The position numbers and the translations under genes were made by a program. Below the pieces are notes generated by a model, which searched no databases, had not been told where the DNA came from, and saw nothing but the letters and a program-made list of their open reading frames with translations. Below are positions 8,924-18,946 of a DNA stretch of 64,000 nucleotides, piece after piece (the stretch's first letter is position 1; the number at the start of each line of letters is the position of its first letter). Source of the DNA: an uncultured Candidatus Rokubacteria bacterium (GTDB lineage Bacteria; Methylomirabilota; Methylomirabilia; Rokubacteriales; DASRDR01); assembly GCA_963826115.1 (NCBI GenBank), contig CAWGVS010000012.1, forward strand, positions 640,001 through 704,000, read 5' to 3'.

Positions 8924-10336
8924 ATGAGGCTCGGTGGGGCGATCGGACTCCGGGCCGCCGGCCATCTCGCACTGGCCGGCGGGATCGTGCTTCTCAGCTA
9001 CGTGCATCCGCCATGGCACGCCGCCGCGTACGCGGAAATGCGCCAGGTACTGCTGCCCGCGGGAGCCGCGCTGCCGCCCGGGGTCCCGCTCATCGCCCTG
9101 ATCCTTCTGCCAGCGCTCGCGGCGCTCATGGCCTGGAATGCCGCGCGACTGAGCGCGGCACTCGCGCGTGTATCGGCGAGCCCCGTGCGGCCCGTCGTGG
9201 TCGTGGCGGTGGCCCTCGTGTTCTTGAGCGTGGCAGTGTTCCCGTTTCTCTCCCACGACCTCGAGCTGTACCACGCGCACGCCAAGATGCTCGCCGAGCA
9301 CGGCGTCAGTCCATATCGGTCCACGCCGCGGCAGGTGCTCGGCTCGATCCCTCGGGGCATGCCGTGGCCCGACCAGCTGGCACCGTACGGACCCGTGCCG
9401 CTTGTCCTGCAGGCGGTCCTGGTGGGGCGCGTGTCTGACCCGTTGGCCGCCGCGATCATCCTCAAAGCGCTCGCGGCGCTCCCGACGTTGCTCTTCGTGA
9501 TACTCCTGGCGCGCTGGCGAACGCCCACACCGGCCGCGCGGGCGTCAGCCATCGTCGCCGTGGGATGGCAGCCACTGCCGTTCCTCGAGCTGGGCGGCAT
9601 GGGCCACATCGAGGGGTGGGTCGGCCTGGCAAGCGCGTTCGCCCTCCTGGCGTTCGTGCGGGGGCGGGTCTGGAGCGGGACGCTCCTGCTCAGCGCCGCC
9701 GCGCTCGTGAAGCTGGAAGCCCTCCTGTTCGTGCCGCTCGCCCTGGCGTTCGTTGCCGGCTCCCGCGACCAGGCTCCAGGCGCCAGGTCTCGGCGCCTCG
9801 CTGCCCTGGCGGCCTGGCCGCTGGCGATCGGCGGCGTCGTCTTCCTCGCCTACATCCCGCTGGGCGGCCTGGGCGCTGGGCTGGATGCGATCCGCGTGGA
9901 GGCGTCGAAGACGCTCCGCTCCGTTCCCCAGGCGATCGGCTTCGTGACCGGAACGCCGGGGCGAGACGTCGCGTGGCTGCTGCGCTGGGTACTGGCCCTC
10001 ATTCTCCTCGTCCTCGCCTTCTCGGCCTGGCGGCGACGCACTCTGTTCCGTCCCGCCGCCCTCGGCTACGCCGCGTATCTCTGCCTCGGCAAGAGCTTCC
10101 TGCAGCCCTGGCACCTGGTCCCGCTGGTGCATCTCGCCGCCGTCGCGCCGCTCGCCGGCGAGGCGGACGAGGGCGCCGGCCGGCTCGTCGCGCTGTGGTC
10201 CGTGAGCGCCGTTCTCGGCGGGTATACCTATCTCTTCCTCGCCGGCTCGCTGGCGCCGCGCGAGCAGACGATCTCCACGCTGATCATGTTGCTCGGGCCG
10301 CTCGCGGGCCTGGCGTGGATGACCATCCGACGCTGA
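8924..10336 (+). CDS. GT-C fold polyprenol-phosphate-sugar glycosyltransferase-like membrane protein (MptA/MptB-like)
   Basis: Multi-TM; SHDLELY...GVSPY...PYGP...GHIEG...VK pattern parallels SxD..Y/PYGP/HND/VK of GT-C mannosyltransferases. Confidence 0.7.
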   Translation: MRLGGAIGLRAAGHLALAGGIVLLSYVHPPWHAAAYAEMRQVLLPAGAALPPGVPLIALILLPALAALMAWNAARLSAALARVSASPVRPVVVVAVALVFLSVAVFPFLSHDLELYHAHAKMLAEHGVSPYRSTPRQVLGSIPRGMPWPDQLAPYGPVPLVLQAVLVGRVSDPLAAAIILKALAALPTLLFVILLARWRTPTPAARASAIVAVGWQPLPFLELGGMGHIEGWVGLASAFALLAFVRGRVWSGTLLLSAAALVKLEALLFVPLALAFVAGSRDQAPGARSRRLAALAAWPLAIGGVVFLAYIPLGGLGAGLDAIRVEASKTLRSVPQAIGFVTGTPGRDVAWLLRWVLALILLVLAFSAWRRRTLFRPAALGYAAYLCLGKSFLQPWHLVPLVHLAAVAPLAGEADEGAGRLVALWSVSAVLGGYTYLFLAGSLAPREQTISTLIMLLGPLAGLAWMTIRR

Positions 10337-10677
10337 TCGACGCCGAGATCGCTCAATCGGAGCGCGACGGCGCGCCCGCCGAAAGGTCGTTCGGGCGGCG
10401 AGGCGCCCGGCCAGCGCCGAATCCGAAGTGGCGCTCGCGAGCACGGTTCCCTTCCAACGACCGTTGGCCTCCCGGGTGCCGCTCGCTACCTCCCGGTTTG
10501 ATTCAGCTCAAGACCCAGGACCGAGCGCGCGGACGGGCATCCCGCTCCGGCCAGAGGGCGGCGCGTTGTGATGACGTGGGGTGGCCTGCCAGGCAGTCCT
10601 CCGTGAATACTCGGCACGCTCTGACGAAGTCGGGAGGGCGGAGGGGGCCGGCAGGCTCCGCAACGCGGCGAAAGGGG

Positions 10678-10754
10678 TGGTACGCCCGGCAGGGATCGAA
10701 CCTGCGACCTACGGATTCGAAGTCCGTCGCTCTGTCCAACTGAGCTACGGGCGC
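10678..10754 (-). tRNA. tRNA-Arg(TCG)
   Basis: ACGGA-CTTCGAA-TCCGT anticodon arm; GGTTCGATC; CCA end. Confidence 0.96.
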
Positions 10755-10810
10755 CCCGATCGATCCCTGCGCGGCCCGTCCCCCCGCCCGGCGAACGCCG
10801 CGGGGGAGCG

Positions 10811-10887
10811 TGGGGTGAGCGAAGGGACTTGAACCCTCAACCCCTGGAGCCACAGTCCAGTGCTCTAACCATTGAGCTACGCTCACC
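10811..10887 (-). tRNA. tRNA-His(GTG)
   Basis: G-1 start GGTGAGCG; CTGGA-CTGTGGC-TCCAG; ends CCCCA. Confidence 0.97.
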
Positions 10888-10923
10888 GTTCCTGGGCCCG
10901 GCCCCCGGGTACGGAAGGTCCCC

Positions 10924-10952
10924 ATGGTACGGAGCGGCCCCGGCGCTGTCAA
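10924..10952 (-). promoter_or_regulatory. Sigma70 promoter of tRNA-His/tRNA-Arg(TCG)
   Basis: TTGACA-17 bp-TACCAT. Confidence 0.75.
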
Positions 10953-11082
10953 TCGCGGCAGGCCTCACCGGGCCGGCCGGCCCCGCGCGGCCGGGCGGGA
11001 CTTGACGGGGCGCGCGGCGAATGGTCTCTTGTGGCGACCCGCGCGCGCGGTCCCTCGAGACGCGGGGCGCGACAGCATCAAG

Positions 11083-12282
11083 ATGCCGGTGCGTATCGTC
11101 AACGTCATCACCCGGATGATCGTCGGGGGCCCCCAGCAGGTCTCCCTCCTCACCGCCCACTACTACCGGGGCTCCCCGGCCGTGGACTTCCACCTCGTCT
11201 TCGGCAAGGCGACGGGCCCCGAGGGCGACTACCACCGGGAGATCGCGGCGAGCGGCATCCCGCACCACCCGCTGGCGACCCTCGTGCGCGAGCTCGCCCC
11301 CGTGACCGACCTCCGCGCCCTCGGCGGCCTGGTGGCGCTCTTCCGGCGGCTCCGCCCGCATCTGGTCCACGCGCGCTCCGCCAAGGCCCGCTTCCTCGCG
11401 CCGCTGGCGGCGCGCCTGGCGCGAGTCCCGGTCACCCTCCAGACCGTCCACGGCTGGTCCTTCAACAATGCCGTCGACCGGCGGCGGGCTCTCTTCGTCC
11501 GGCTCGAGCGGCTGGCGCGGCGGTTCTGCGACGCCACCGTGCTCGTGTCCCAGCAAGACCTCGCCGAGGGCGTCTCGCTCGGCGTTCTGCCGGCCGCCGC
11601 CGTCACCCGAGGCGACGCGCCCGTCATCCGCTCCGGTGTCGACCTGACCGAGGTCGCTCCGCTCGACGCGCCCGCGCGCCGCGCGCTCCGGGCCGCCGAG
11701 GGCGTGCCCGACGACCGGCCCGTCGTCAGCCTGGTCCAGCGGCTGAGCCCGCCCAAGACGCCCCTGGTCTTCGTGCAGGCCCTGCCGCGGATCCTCGCCG
11801 AGCGGCCCGACGTCGCGGCGTGGATCGTCGGGGACGGCCCGCTCCGCGCGGCGGTCGAGTCGGCGGCCGCCGGCGGCGGGCTCGCGGGGCGGGTCCGTTT
11901 CCTCGGCCTCCGCAAGGACGTCCCGGCGGTCCTCGCCGCCTCGGATGTCGCCGTCCACAGCTCGCTCCGCGAGGGCCTGCCGCGCGTCGTGCTCGAGGCG
12001 CTCGCCGTCGGGGTGCCGGTCGTGGCCACCGCCGTGGGCGGCGTGCCCGACGCCGTGGCGGACGGCGTCCACGGGCTCCTGGTGCCACCCGAGGACCCGG
12101 CCGCGCTCGCCGGCGCCGTGCTGGCCACGCTCGCGGACCCGGCGCAGGCCGCGCGCCGGGCGGCGGCGGGCCGGGCCGCGGTGCGGGCGTTCTCCGCGCG
12201 GCAGATGCTCGACGAGCAGCACGCGCTCTACCGACGCCTCCTGGCGCGCCGGGGCATCGCGCTGGCGGAGCGACCCGCGTGA
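11083..12282 (+). CDS. Glycosyltransferase family 4
   Basis: GGPQQ, TVHGW, FLGLRKDVP, EGLPRVVLEALAVG (EX7E). Confidence 0.93.
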   Translation: MPVRIVNVITRMIVGGPQQVSLLTAHYYRGSPAVDFHLVFGKATGPEGDYHREIAASGIPHHPLATLVRELAPVTDLRALGGLVALFRRLRPHLVHARSAKARFLAPLAARLARVPVTLQTVHGWSFNNAVDRRRALFVRLERLARRFCDATVLVSQQDLAEGVSLGVLPAAAVTRGDAPVIRSGVDLTEVAPLDAPARRALRAAEGVPDDRPVVSLVQRLSPPKTPLVFVQALPRILAERPDVAAWIVGDGPLRAAVESAAAGGGLAGRVRFLGLRKDVPAVLAASDVAVHSSLREGLPRVVLEALAVGVPVVATAVGGVPDAVADGVHGLLVPPEDPAALAGAVLATLADPAQAARRAAAGRAAVRAFSARQMLDEQHALYRRLLARRGIALAERPA

Positions 12283-13157
12283 CCGGGAGCGCGACGGCCC
12301 CGCCGCACGTCTTCACCGTCGACGTCGAGGACTGGTACCAGGGCCTCGACCTCGACGAGGACGAGTGGGCGCGCTTCGCGCCCCGGCTCGAGACCGGGCT
12401 CGCACGGCTCCTCGCGCTGCTCGACGACGCCGGCGCGCGGGCGACCTTCTTCGTCGTCGGGTGGCAGGCCGACCGCACGCCCGGGATCGTGCGCGAGATC
12501 GCGGCCCAAGGTCACGAGATCGCGTGCCACGGCTACTCGCACCGGTTCGTGTACCGCCTGACGCCGGCCACGTTCCGCGAGGACCTCCGGCGGAGCCGCG
12601 ACATCCTCGAAAGCATCCTCGGGCGGCCGGTCATCGGGTTCCGGGCGCCGTTCTTCTCGATCACCGCCGACGCCCTGTGGGCGCTGGACGTGCTCCTCGA
12701 GGAGGGATTCCAGTACGACTCGAGCATCTTCCCGGTGTGGAACCACCGGTACGGCATGCCGCGCGCGGCCCGGCAGCCCGGTCTCGTCGCCACGCCGTCC
12801 GGCAGCGCGATCTTCGAGATCCCGCTCTCGACGGTACGGTTCGCCGCTCGCGGCTTGCCGTTCGGGGTGAACGTGCCCGTGAGCGGCGGCGCCTACTTCC
12901 GGCTCTACCCCTACGGGGTCACGCGGGCGCTGGTCCGGCGCCTCGAGCGCGGCGGCGACCGCCTGGTCTTCTACGCGCACCCCTGGGAGTACGACCCGAC
13001 GCACCCGCGCATCCGGCTCCCGCACCCCGTGTCCCAGGTGACCCACTACGCGAACCTGGGCGCGATGGCCGCGCGGACCCGGCAGCTGCTCGGGGACTTC
13101 CGGTTCGTCGCGATCCGCGAGGCGTTCGCCGCGGAGATCGCCGCGGCGCGCGCCTGA
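12279..13157 (+). CDS. Polysaccharide deacetylase, XrtA/PEP-CTERM-associated type (DUF3473)
   Basis: TVDVEDWYQ, ATFF, HEIACHGYSH, GFRAPFFS, YDSS, GGAYFRLYP, HPWEYDP. Confidence 0.92.
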   Translation: MTGSATAPPHVFTVDVEDWYQGLDLDEDEWARFAPRLETGLARLLALLDDAGARATFFVVGWQADRTPGIVREIAAQGHEIACHGYSHRFVYRLTPATFREDLRRSRDILESILGRPVIGFRAPFFSITADALWALDVLLEEGFQYDSSIFPVWNHRYGMPRAARQPGLVATPSGSAIFEIPLSTVRFAARGLPFGVNVPVSGGAYFRLYPYGVTRALVRRLERGGDRLVFYAHPWEYDPTHPRIRLPHPVSQVTHYANLGAMAARTRQLLGDFRFVAIREAFAAEIAAARA

Positions 13158-13173
13158 CGTCGGGCGCCGCCCC

Positions 13174-13947
13174 GTGCGCCTCTACGTGCTCACGCAGGAG
13201 GACGCCTTCTACATCCCGCCGCTGCTCGACCACCTCCTCGGCGCGAGGCGCGACGACGTGGTCGCCATCGGCGTGGTGCCGGGCGAGCTCCGGGCGCGGC
13301 ACGCGCAGCGCTACTGGGCGCTGATGGGGCCGCGCGCGTTCCTGCTCCAGCTCGGGAACCTGGCCCGGCACCGGGTCCTCGGGCTCGCCGGCCGCGTCGT
13401 GCCGCTCCGCCGGAGCTACTCGGTGGCGGATGTCGCGCGCCGCCACCGGGTGCCGCTCGAGCGGGTGCCGGCCGTGAACGCGCCGGCGTTCGTCGAGAGC
13501 CTCCGGGCGCGGGCCATCGACGTCCTGATCTCGGTGGCGTGCCCACAGATCCTCGGCGCCGGGGCCCTCGCCGCGCCGGCGCGGGGCGCCATCAACCTGC
13601 ACGGGGCGCTCCTCCCGGACTACCGCGGCCTCCTGCCGGGCTTCTGGGTGCTCGCCAACGGCGAGACCGAGACGGGGGCCACCGTGCACTACATGACGGC
13701 ACGCGTGGACGACGGTCCGGTGATCGCGCAGGAGCGCGTGCCGATCCGGGATCGGGACACCGTCCACACGCTCGTCTGGCGGACGAAGGTGGAGGTGGGG
13801 GGGCCGCTTCTCGTCCGCGCCCTCGCGCGGCTCGAGGCGGGCCCGGTCGACGCGCGGCCCCCGGCCGACGGCGCGGGCCGGGCCTTCCGCTATCCGGACG
13901 CCGCGGCGGTCGCGCGCTTCCGGGCCCGCGGCCGCCGCTTCATCTGA
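13174..13947 (+). CDS. Formyltransferase family protein (Formyl_trans_N only)
   Basis: INLHGALLPDYRG, GATVHYM...VDDGPVI; lacks the Fmt C-terminal domain. Confidence 0.88.
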   Translation: MRLYVLTQEDAFYIPPLLDHLLGARRDDVVAIGVVPGELRARHAQRYWALMGPRAFLLQLGNLARHRVLGLAGRVVPLRRSYSVADVARRHRVPLERVPAVNAPAFVESLRARAIDVLISVACPQILGAGALAAPARGAINLHGALLPDYRGLLPGFWVLANGETETGATVHYMTARVDDGPVIAQERVPIRDRDTVHTLVWRTKVEVGGPLLVRALARLEAGPVDARPPADGAGRAFRYPDAAAVARFRARGRRFI

Positions 13948-13962
13948 GCGGCGGCGGCGGGC

Positions 13963-14955
13963 TCAGGCGGGGCCGGCCGCGGCGAAGCGGCCCGGCTCGC
14001 GGTCGTAGCGCTGCTTGCAGCCGCCGCAGCAGAAGTAGACGGGTCCCGCGGGGCCGTCCGACCGGTAGCGCGCCGACGCGATCGTCACCGTCATCCCGCA
14101 CACCGGGTCCCGCGCCGTCAGGGGCGCGGCCGGGGGCGCGGCGGCCGGCGCGGCGAGCGGCAGCGTCACCGGCGGGTGCGGCCGGCGCCGCCGCGCGATG
14201 ATCTCGGCCAGGATGCTGACCGCGATCTCCTCCGGGGCGACGGCGCCGAGGTCGAGGCCGGCCGGCGCCTTCAATCGCGCGAGCCGCTCGGCGGGGACGG
14301 CCCGCGCCCGGAGCGCCTCGCGCACGACCTCGGCGCGGGTCGGGCTCGCGACCAGGCTCACGTAGTCGGCGTCGCTCCGGAGCGCCCGCTCGAGCGCGTC
14401 CTCGTCGAACCGGCCGTGGGTCGCCACGACGATCGCGGTCCCTCGCGTCACCGTGACCAGGCCGAGGTCGTCGACCACGCGCACGTCGCCGAGGCGGCCG
14501 GCCGGGGGCGTCTCGGGCTCCACGACGGTGACCGCGAAGTGCGCCGCGGCCCCGAGGCCCGCGAGCGTCTCGACGACCGGGCCGCTCCCGACGAGGACGA
14601 GCGCGGGCGTCGGGAGGACCGGCTCCACGAAGATCTCGAGCGTCCCGCCGCTGTGACAGGTCATCGTGTACTCCCGCACGCCCTCCGTGCGGCCGAGCGA
14701 CGGGCCGCCCTTGCCGACGAGGACCAGGAAGCGCGGCTGCCCGTCCTCGATGGCGCCCAGCGCCTCCTTGACCGCGACGGGCTCGGCGCAGCTGCCGCCG
14801 ACCCAGCCCGACACCGTGCCGTCGGCCCGGATCACCGCCTTGGCCCCGGGCTTGGCCGACGTGGGCCGCTCGCAGCGCACGACGGTGGCGACGGCGAACG
14901 GCTCGCCCCGCCGCCGGAGCGCCTCGGCCTCGGCGAGCCAGTCTGTCTGGAACAC
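13963..14955 (-). CDS. xdhC: XdhC/CoxF Moco-insertion factor fused to a C-terminal YHS domain
   Basis: GWVGGSCAE, MTCHSGG, APAGLDLGA..PEEIAVSILAE; DPVCGM...YFCCGGCK. Confidence 0.9.
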   Translation of the reverse strand: MFQTDWLAEAEALRRRGEPFAVATVVRCERPTSAKPGAKAVIRADGTVSGWVGGSCAEPVAVKEALGAIEDGQPRFLVLVGKGGPSLGRTEGVREYTMTCHSGGTLEIFVEPVLPTPALVLVGSGPVVETLAGLGAAAHFAVTVVEPETPPAGRLGDVRVVDDLGLVTVTRGTAIVVATHGRFDEDALERALRSDADYVSLVASPTRAEVVREALRARAVPAERLARLKAPAGLDLGAVAPEEIAVSILAEIIARRRRPHPPVTLPLAAPAAAPPAAPLTARDPVCGMTVTIASARYRSDGPAGPVYFCCGGCKQRYDREPGRFAAAGPA

Positions 14956-15048
14956 CCCCTACCCCCGACCCCTTCCCCCGCGCCGGGGGAAGAAGCACCT
15001 ATCCTCGCGACGCCGACGCTGCCCCCGCACGGACCAGGCTCCGGTGGG

Positions 15049-17430
15049 TCACTCCGTCACGCCGTGGGCGCGGAGGAGCTTCCAGACCTTGTGCGGCGTG
15101 ATGGGGATGTCGATGTGGCGCACGCCGAGATGCCAGAGCGCGTCCACGACCGCGTTGGCGATGGCGGCCGGCGCGCCGACCGTCGCCGACTCCCCGATGC
15201 CCTTCGCGCCGATCGGGTGGTGGGGCGACGGGGTGATGGTGTGGCCCGTCTCCCACTTCGGGGTCTCCACCGCCGTCGGGACGAGGTAGTCCACGAAGCT
15301 CCCGCCGCGGATGTTCCCGCCCTCGTCGTAGGTGATCTCCTCGAAGAGCGCGGGCGCGAGCCCCATCGTGAGGCCGCCGTGGACCTGCCCCTGGACGATC
15401 ATCGGGTTGATGATGTTGCCGCAGTCGTCGATGGCGACGAAGCGGCGGATCTTCACCTCGCCCGTCCCCTTGTCGATGTCCACGACGCAGATGTAGCTGC
15501 CGAAGGGATAGGTGAGGTTCGGGGGATCGTAGTAGGAGACGGCCTCGAGTCCGGCCTCCATCCCCTGCGGGTGATTCGTGTACGCGGCGAACGCGATCTC
15601 CTGGATCGTCTTCGCCCGGCTCGGCGCGCCCTTGACGGAGAACTTCCCGGGCTCCCAGACGAGGTCCTCCTCGGCCACCTCGAGGAGGTGCGCCGCGATC
15701 TTCCGCGCCTTGGCCTGGATCTTCCGCGCCGCGACGGCGGCCGCCGCGCCCGCGACCGGCGTCGAGCGGCTGGCATAGGTCCCGAGCCCGTAGGGCGCGG
15801 TGTCCGTGTCCCCTTCCTCCACCTGGATGTGGGCGGCCGGGATCCCCAGCTCCTCGGCGAGGATCTGGGCGTACGTCGTCTCGTGCCCCTGGCCCTGCGA
15901 CTTCGTCCCGAAGCGCGCGATGGCCCGGCCCGTCGGGTGGATCCGGATCTCGCAGCTGTCGAACATCTTGAGCCCGAGGATGTCGAAGTGCTTCGACGGC
16001 CCCGCCCCGACGATCTCGGTGAAGCTCGAGATGCCGATCCCCATCAGCTCGCCCCGGGCGCGCTTGTCCGCCTGCTCGCGCCGCAGCGCCGGGTATCCGA
16101 TCGTGTCCATCGCCTTCTGGAGCGCGCCGCCATAGTTGCCGCTGTCGTACTCCCAGCCGAGGGCCGACTTGTAGGGAAACTGCTCCGGCTTGATGAAGTT
16201 CTTGAAGCGGAACTCCGCCGGATCGATCCCCAGCTGGTGCGCCATCAGGTCCGCCATCCGCTCGATGGTGTGGACGGCCTCCGTGACGCGGAACGAGCAC
16301 CGGTAGGCGATGCCGCCCGGCGGCTTGTTCGTGTAGGCCCCGTCGACCTCGACGTGGGCGGCCTTGAGATCGTAGGAGCCGGTGCAGACGTGGAAGAGCC
16401 CCGCCGGGAACTTCGACGGGTTGGCCGCCGCGTCGGCGTAGCCGTGGTCGGCGATGGTCTTGATCCGGAGCGCGGTGAGCTTCCCTTCCTTCGTCGCGGC
16501 CAGCTCGGCGGTGATGTGGTAGTCGCGCGCGAAGGAGTCGGCCTGGAGGTTCTCCATCCGGTCCTCGATCCACTTCACCGGTTTCCCGGTGAGGACCGAC
16601 GCGGCGACCGCGATCACGTAACCCGGGTACACCGGCACCTTCCCGCCGAACCCCCCGCCGATGTCCGGCGAGATGATCCGGATCTTGTGCTCCTCGAGCC
16701 CCACGTGCCCCGCCACCAGCGCGAAGACCGTGCGGATCGCGTGCGGGGCCTGGGTCGTCATCCAGACCGTCAGCTTCCCCGTCACCTTGTCGAACTGGGC
16801 CACGCAGCCGCAGGTCTCGATCGACGCCACGTGGATGCGCGGGAGGTAGATATCCTCCTTGACCGTCACCGCCGCCTCGCGGAACGCGCGGTCCGTCGCG
16901 GCCCGATCGCCCCACTCCCAGTGCCAGATGTGGTTGTCCTTCTTGTCCTTCTTGTCGGTGCGGAGCACCGGGGCGCCGGGCTCGAGGGCCTTCTTCGGGT
17001 CGACGACCACGGGCAGGGGGTCGTACTGGACCTCGACCGCGTCGGCGCCGTCGGCCGCGATGTAGCGCTCGGTCGCCAGGACCGCGGCGACCTCCTGGGC
17101 CTGGTACATGACCTTCTCCACCGGCAGCACCATCTGCGTGTCCGACATGAGGGTCGGCATCCAGTGGAGGTTGTACTTGGCGAGGTCCTGGCCCGTGATC
17201 ACCGCGAGGACGCCGGGGATCGCGAGCGCCTTCGCCGTGTCGATCTTCACGATCTTCGCGTGCGCGTACGGGCTCCGCACGATGTCGAGGTACAGCATGC
17301 CGGGGAGCTGGACGTCGTCGACGTACGTCCCCTGGCCGCGGATGAAGCGCGGGTCTTCCTTCCGCTTGAGCGAGTGACCCATGCCCCCGACTTCGGGCGA
17401 CGTGCGCGGGGCGTGCTCGGGCGCCATCAT
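15049..17430 (-). CDS. coxL: Aerobic CO dehydrogenase large subunit, form I
   Basis: Active-site signature AYRCSFR; GGGFGGK; QGQGHETT; GAKGIGES. Confidence 0.97.
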   Translation of the reverse strand: MMAPEHAPRTSPEVGGMGHSLKRKEDPRFIRGQGTYVDDVQLPGMLYLDIVRSPYAHAKIVKIDTAKALAIPGVLAVITGQDLAKYNLHWMPTLMSDTQMVLPVEKVMYQAQEVAAVLATERYIAADGADAVEVQYDPLPVVVDPKKALEPGAPVLRTDKKDKKDNHIWHWEWGDRAATDRAFREAAVTVKEDIYLPRIHVASIETCGCVAQFDKVTGKLTVWMTTQAPHAIRTVFALVAGHVGLEEHKIRIISPDIGGGFGGKVPVYPGYVIAVAASVLTGKPVKWIEDRMENLQADSFARDYHITAELAATKEGKLTALRIKTIADHGYADAAANPSKFPAGLFHVCTGSYDLKAAHVEVDGAYTNKPPGGIAYRCSFRVTEAVHTIERMADLMAHQLGIDPAEFRFKNFIKPEQFPYKSALGWEYDSGNYGGALQKAMDTIGYPALRREQADKRARGELMGIGISSFTEIVGAGPSKHFDILGLKMFDSCEIRIHPTGRAIARFGTKSQGQGHETTYAQILAEELGIPAAHIQVEEGDTDTAPYGLGTYASRSTPVAGAAAAVAARKIQAKARKIAAHLLEVAEEDLVWEPGKFSVKGAPSRAKTIQEIAFAAYTNHPQGMEAGLEAVSYYDPPNLTYPFGSYICVVDIDKGTGEVKIRRFVAIDDCGNIINPMIVQGQVHGGLTMGLAPALFEEITYDEGGNIRGGSFVDYLVPTAVETPKWETGHTITPSPHHPIGAKGIGESATVGAPAAIANAVVDALWHLGVRHIDIPITPHKVWKLLRAHGVTE

Positions 17431-17437
17431 GCCCCTC

Positions 17438-17911
17438 CTATCCAACGGGCGCGGCCAGCTTGGCGGCCGCGTGCTGGATGGCCTTGACGATGTTCACGTA
17501 GCCGGTGCAGCGGCAGAGGTTGCCCGAGATCGCGTGTCGGATCTCGTCCTCGCTCGGGCGCGGGTGGTCCTGGAGGTACGCGTAGCTCGTCATGAGCATG
17601 CCCGGCGTGCAGTAGCCGCACTGGAGGCCGTGCTCCTGCATGAACCCCTCCTGGACCGGGTGGAGCTGGCCGTTCTGCTCGAGCCCCTCGACGGTCATGA
17701 CCGTCCGGCCGTCCGCCTGGACGGCGAAGACCGTGCACGACTTCACCGGGCGGCCGTCGAGAAGGACCGTGCAGGCCCCGCAGTGGGTCGTGTCGCAGCC
17801 GATGTGCGTGCCCGTGAGGCGGAACACCTCGCGGAGCAGGTGGACCAGCAGCAGCCGGGGCTCGACATCGGCGTCGCGCCGCTCGCCGTTGACCGTCACG
17901 CCCACGCGCAT
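17438..17911 (-). CDS. coxS: CO dehydrogenase small (2Fe-2S) subunit
   Basis: [26 protein letters not shown]. Confidence 0.96.
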   Translation of the reverse strand: MRVGVTVNGERRDADVEPRLLLVHLLREVFRLTGTHIGCDTTHCGACTVLLDGRPVKSCTVFAVQADGRTVMTVEGLEQNGQLHPVQEGFMQEHGLQCGYCTPGMLMTSYAYLQDHPRPSEDEIRHAISGNLCRCTGYVNIVKAIQHAAAKLAAPVG

Positions 17912-17966
17912 CCGGACCTCCTTACCGTCTGATGGCCAGTGTCGCCCCGGTCGCCCGGGCCGCCGG

Positions 17967-18842
17967 TCAGTGCGCGGCGCCCGCGCGCTCGAGGGCGCGC
18001 CGGATCGCCCGGCCCGTCAGCACGCGGACCAGGTCACGCTTGTATTCGACGGACCCGCGGAGGTCCTCCGACGGATCGCTCGCCGCGGCCGCGGCCTTCG
18101 CCACCTCGCGGATCGTCGCCTCGTCGGGGCGATGGCCCTGGAGGAGGGCCTCGGCCCGCGCGGCCTTGATGGGCGTGGGCCCCACGTTGGTGAGCCCGAT
18201 CCCCGCGTGGGCGCACGTCCCGTCGGCGGCGAGCGTGACCTGGACGGCCACTCCCGCCGTCGCGAAGTCCCCGACCTTCCGCTCGAGCTTCAGGTAGGCC
18301 CCGCCCGACCGCGCGGGCGGGAGCGGGACCCGGATCTCGGTGAGGATCTCGCCCGCGCCGAGGGCCGTCTCGAGGGGACCCGTGAAGAAGCCCGTGACCG
18401 GGATGCGCCGGGTCCCCTTCGGCCCGGTCGCCGACACCTCCGCCTCGAGCGCCAGCATCACCGCGGGGTGGTCGTTGGCCGGATCGCCGTGGGCCAGGTT
18501 GCCGCCGACCGTCGCGAGGTTCCGCACGAGCGGGTCGGCGATCACCCGGCACGCGTCGGCGAGGATCGGGAAGCGCCGCCGCACGAGGTCCGACGCCTCG
18601 AGCTCCGACTCCCGCACGAGGGCGCCGATCACGAGCGCGCCGTCCCGCTCGGCGATCGCGCCGAGCCCGGCGATCCGGTTCAGGTCGACGACGTGGCGGG
18701 GCGAGGCGAGCCGGAGCTTCATCAGCGGGATCAGGCTCTGGCCGCCCGCGAGGACCTTGGCGTCCTCGCCCAGCCGGCCGAGGAGGGCGATCGCATCCTG
18801 CAGGGTGGACGGGCGGTGGTACTCGAAGGCCGCGGGAATCAT
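17967..18842 (-). CDS. coxM: CO dehydrogenase medium (FAD) subunit
   Basis: [44 protein letters not shown]. Confidence 0.96.
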   Translation of the reverse strand: MIPAAFEYHRPSTLQDAIALLGRLGEDAKVLAGGQSLIPLMKLRLASPRHVVDLNRIAGLGAIAERDGALVIGALVRESELEASDLVRRRFPILADACRVIADPLVRNLATVGGNLAHGDPANDHPAVMLALEAEVSATGPKGTRRIPVTGFFTGPLETALGAGEILTEIRVPLPPARSGGAYLKLERKVGDFATAGVAVQVTLAADGTCAHAGIGLTNVGPTPIKAARAEALLQGHRPDEATIREVAKAAAAASDPSEDLRGSVEYKRDLVRVLTGRAIRRALERAGAAH

Positions 18843-18899
18843 GCTCGTCCTCCCAGCGCCGGCGATGAGGGGACCGGAGGCGATGCGGACCGCGGCCCG

Positions 18900-18928
18900 A
18901 TACTAGGAGTCGCGTTCCGGACTGTCAA
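18900..18928 (-). promoter_or_regulatory. Sigma70 promoter of the cox operon
   Basis: TTGACA-17 bp-TAGTAT, about 55 bp upstream of the coxM ATG. Confidence 0.8.
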
Positions 18929-18946
18929 GCAGACGACGGTGGCTCC

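Noticed and set aside
7817-9301. Apparent transposase-DinB fusion ORF
   Set aside because: Chance open frame running through an IS481 stump, the att copy and a separate DinB-like gene.
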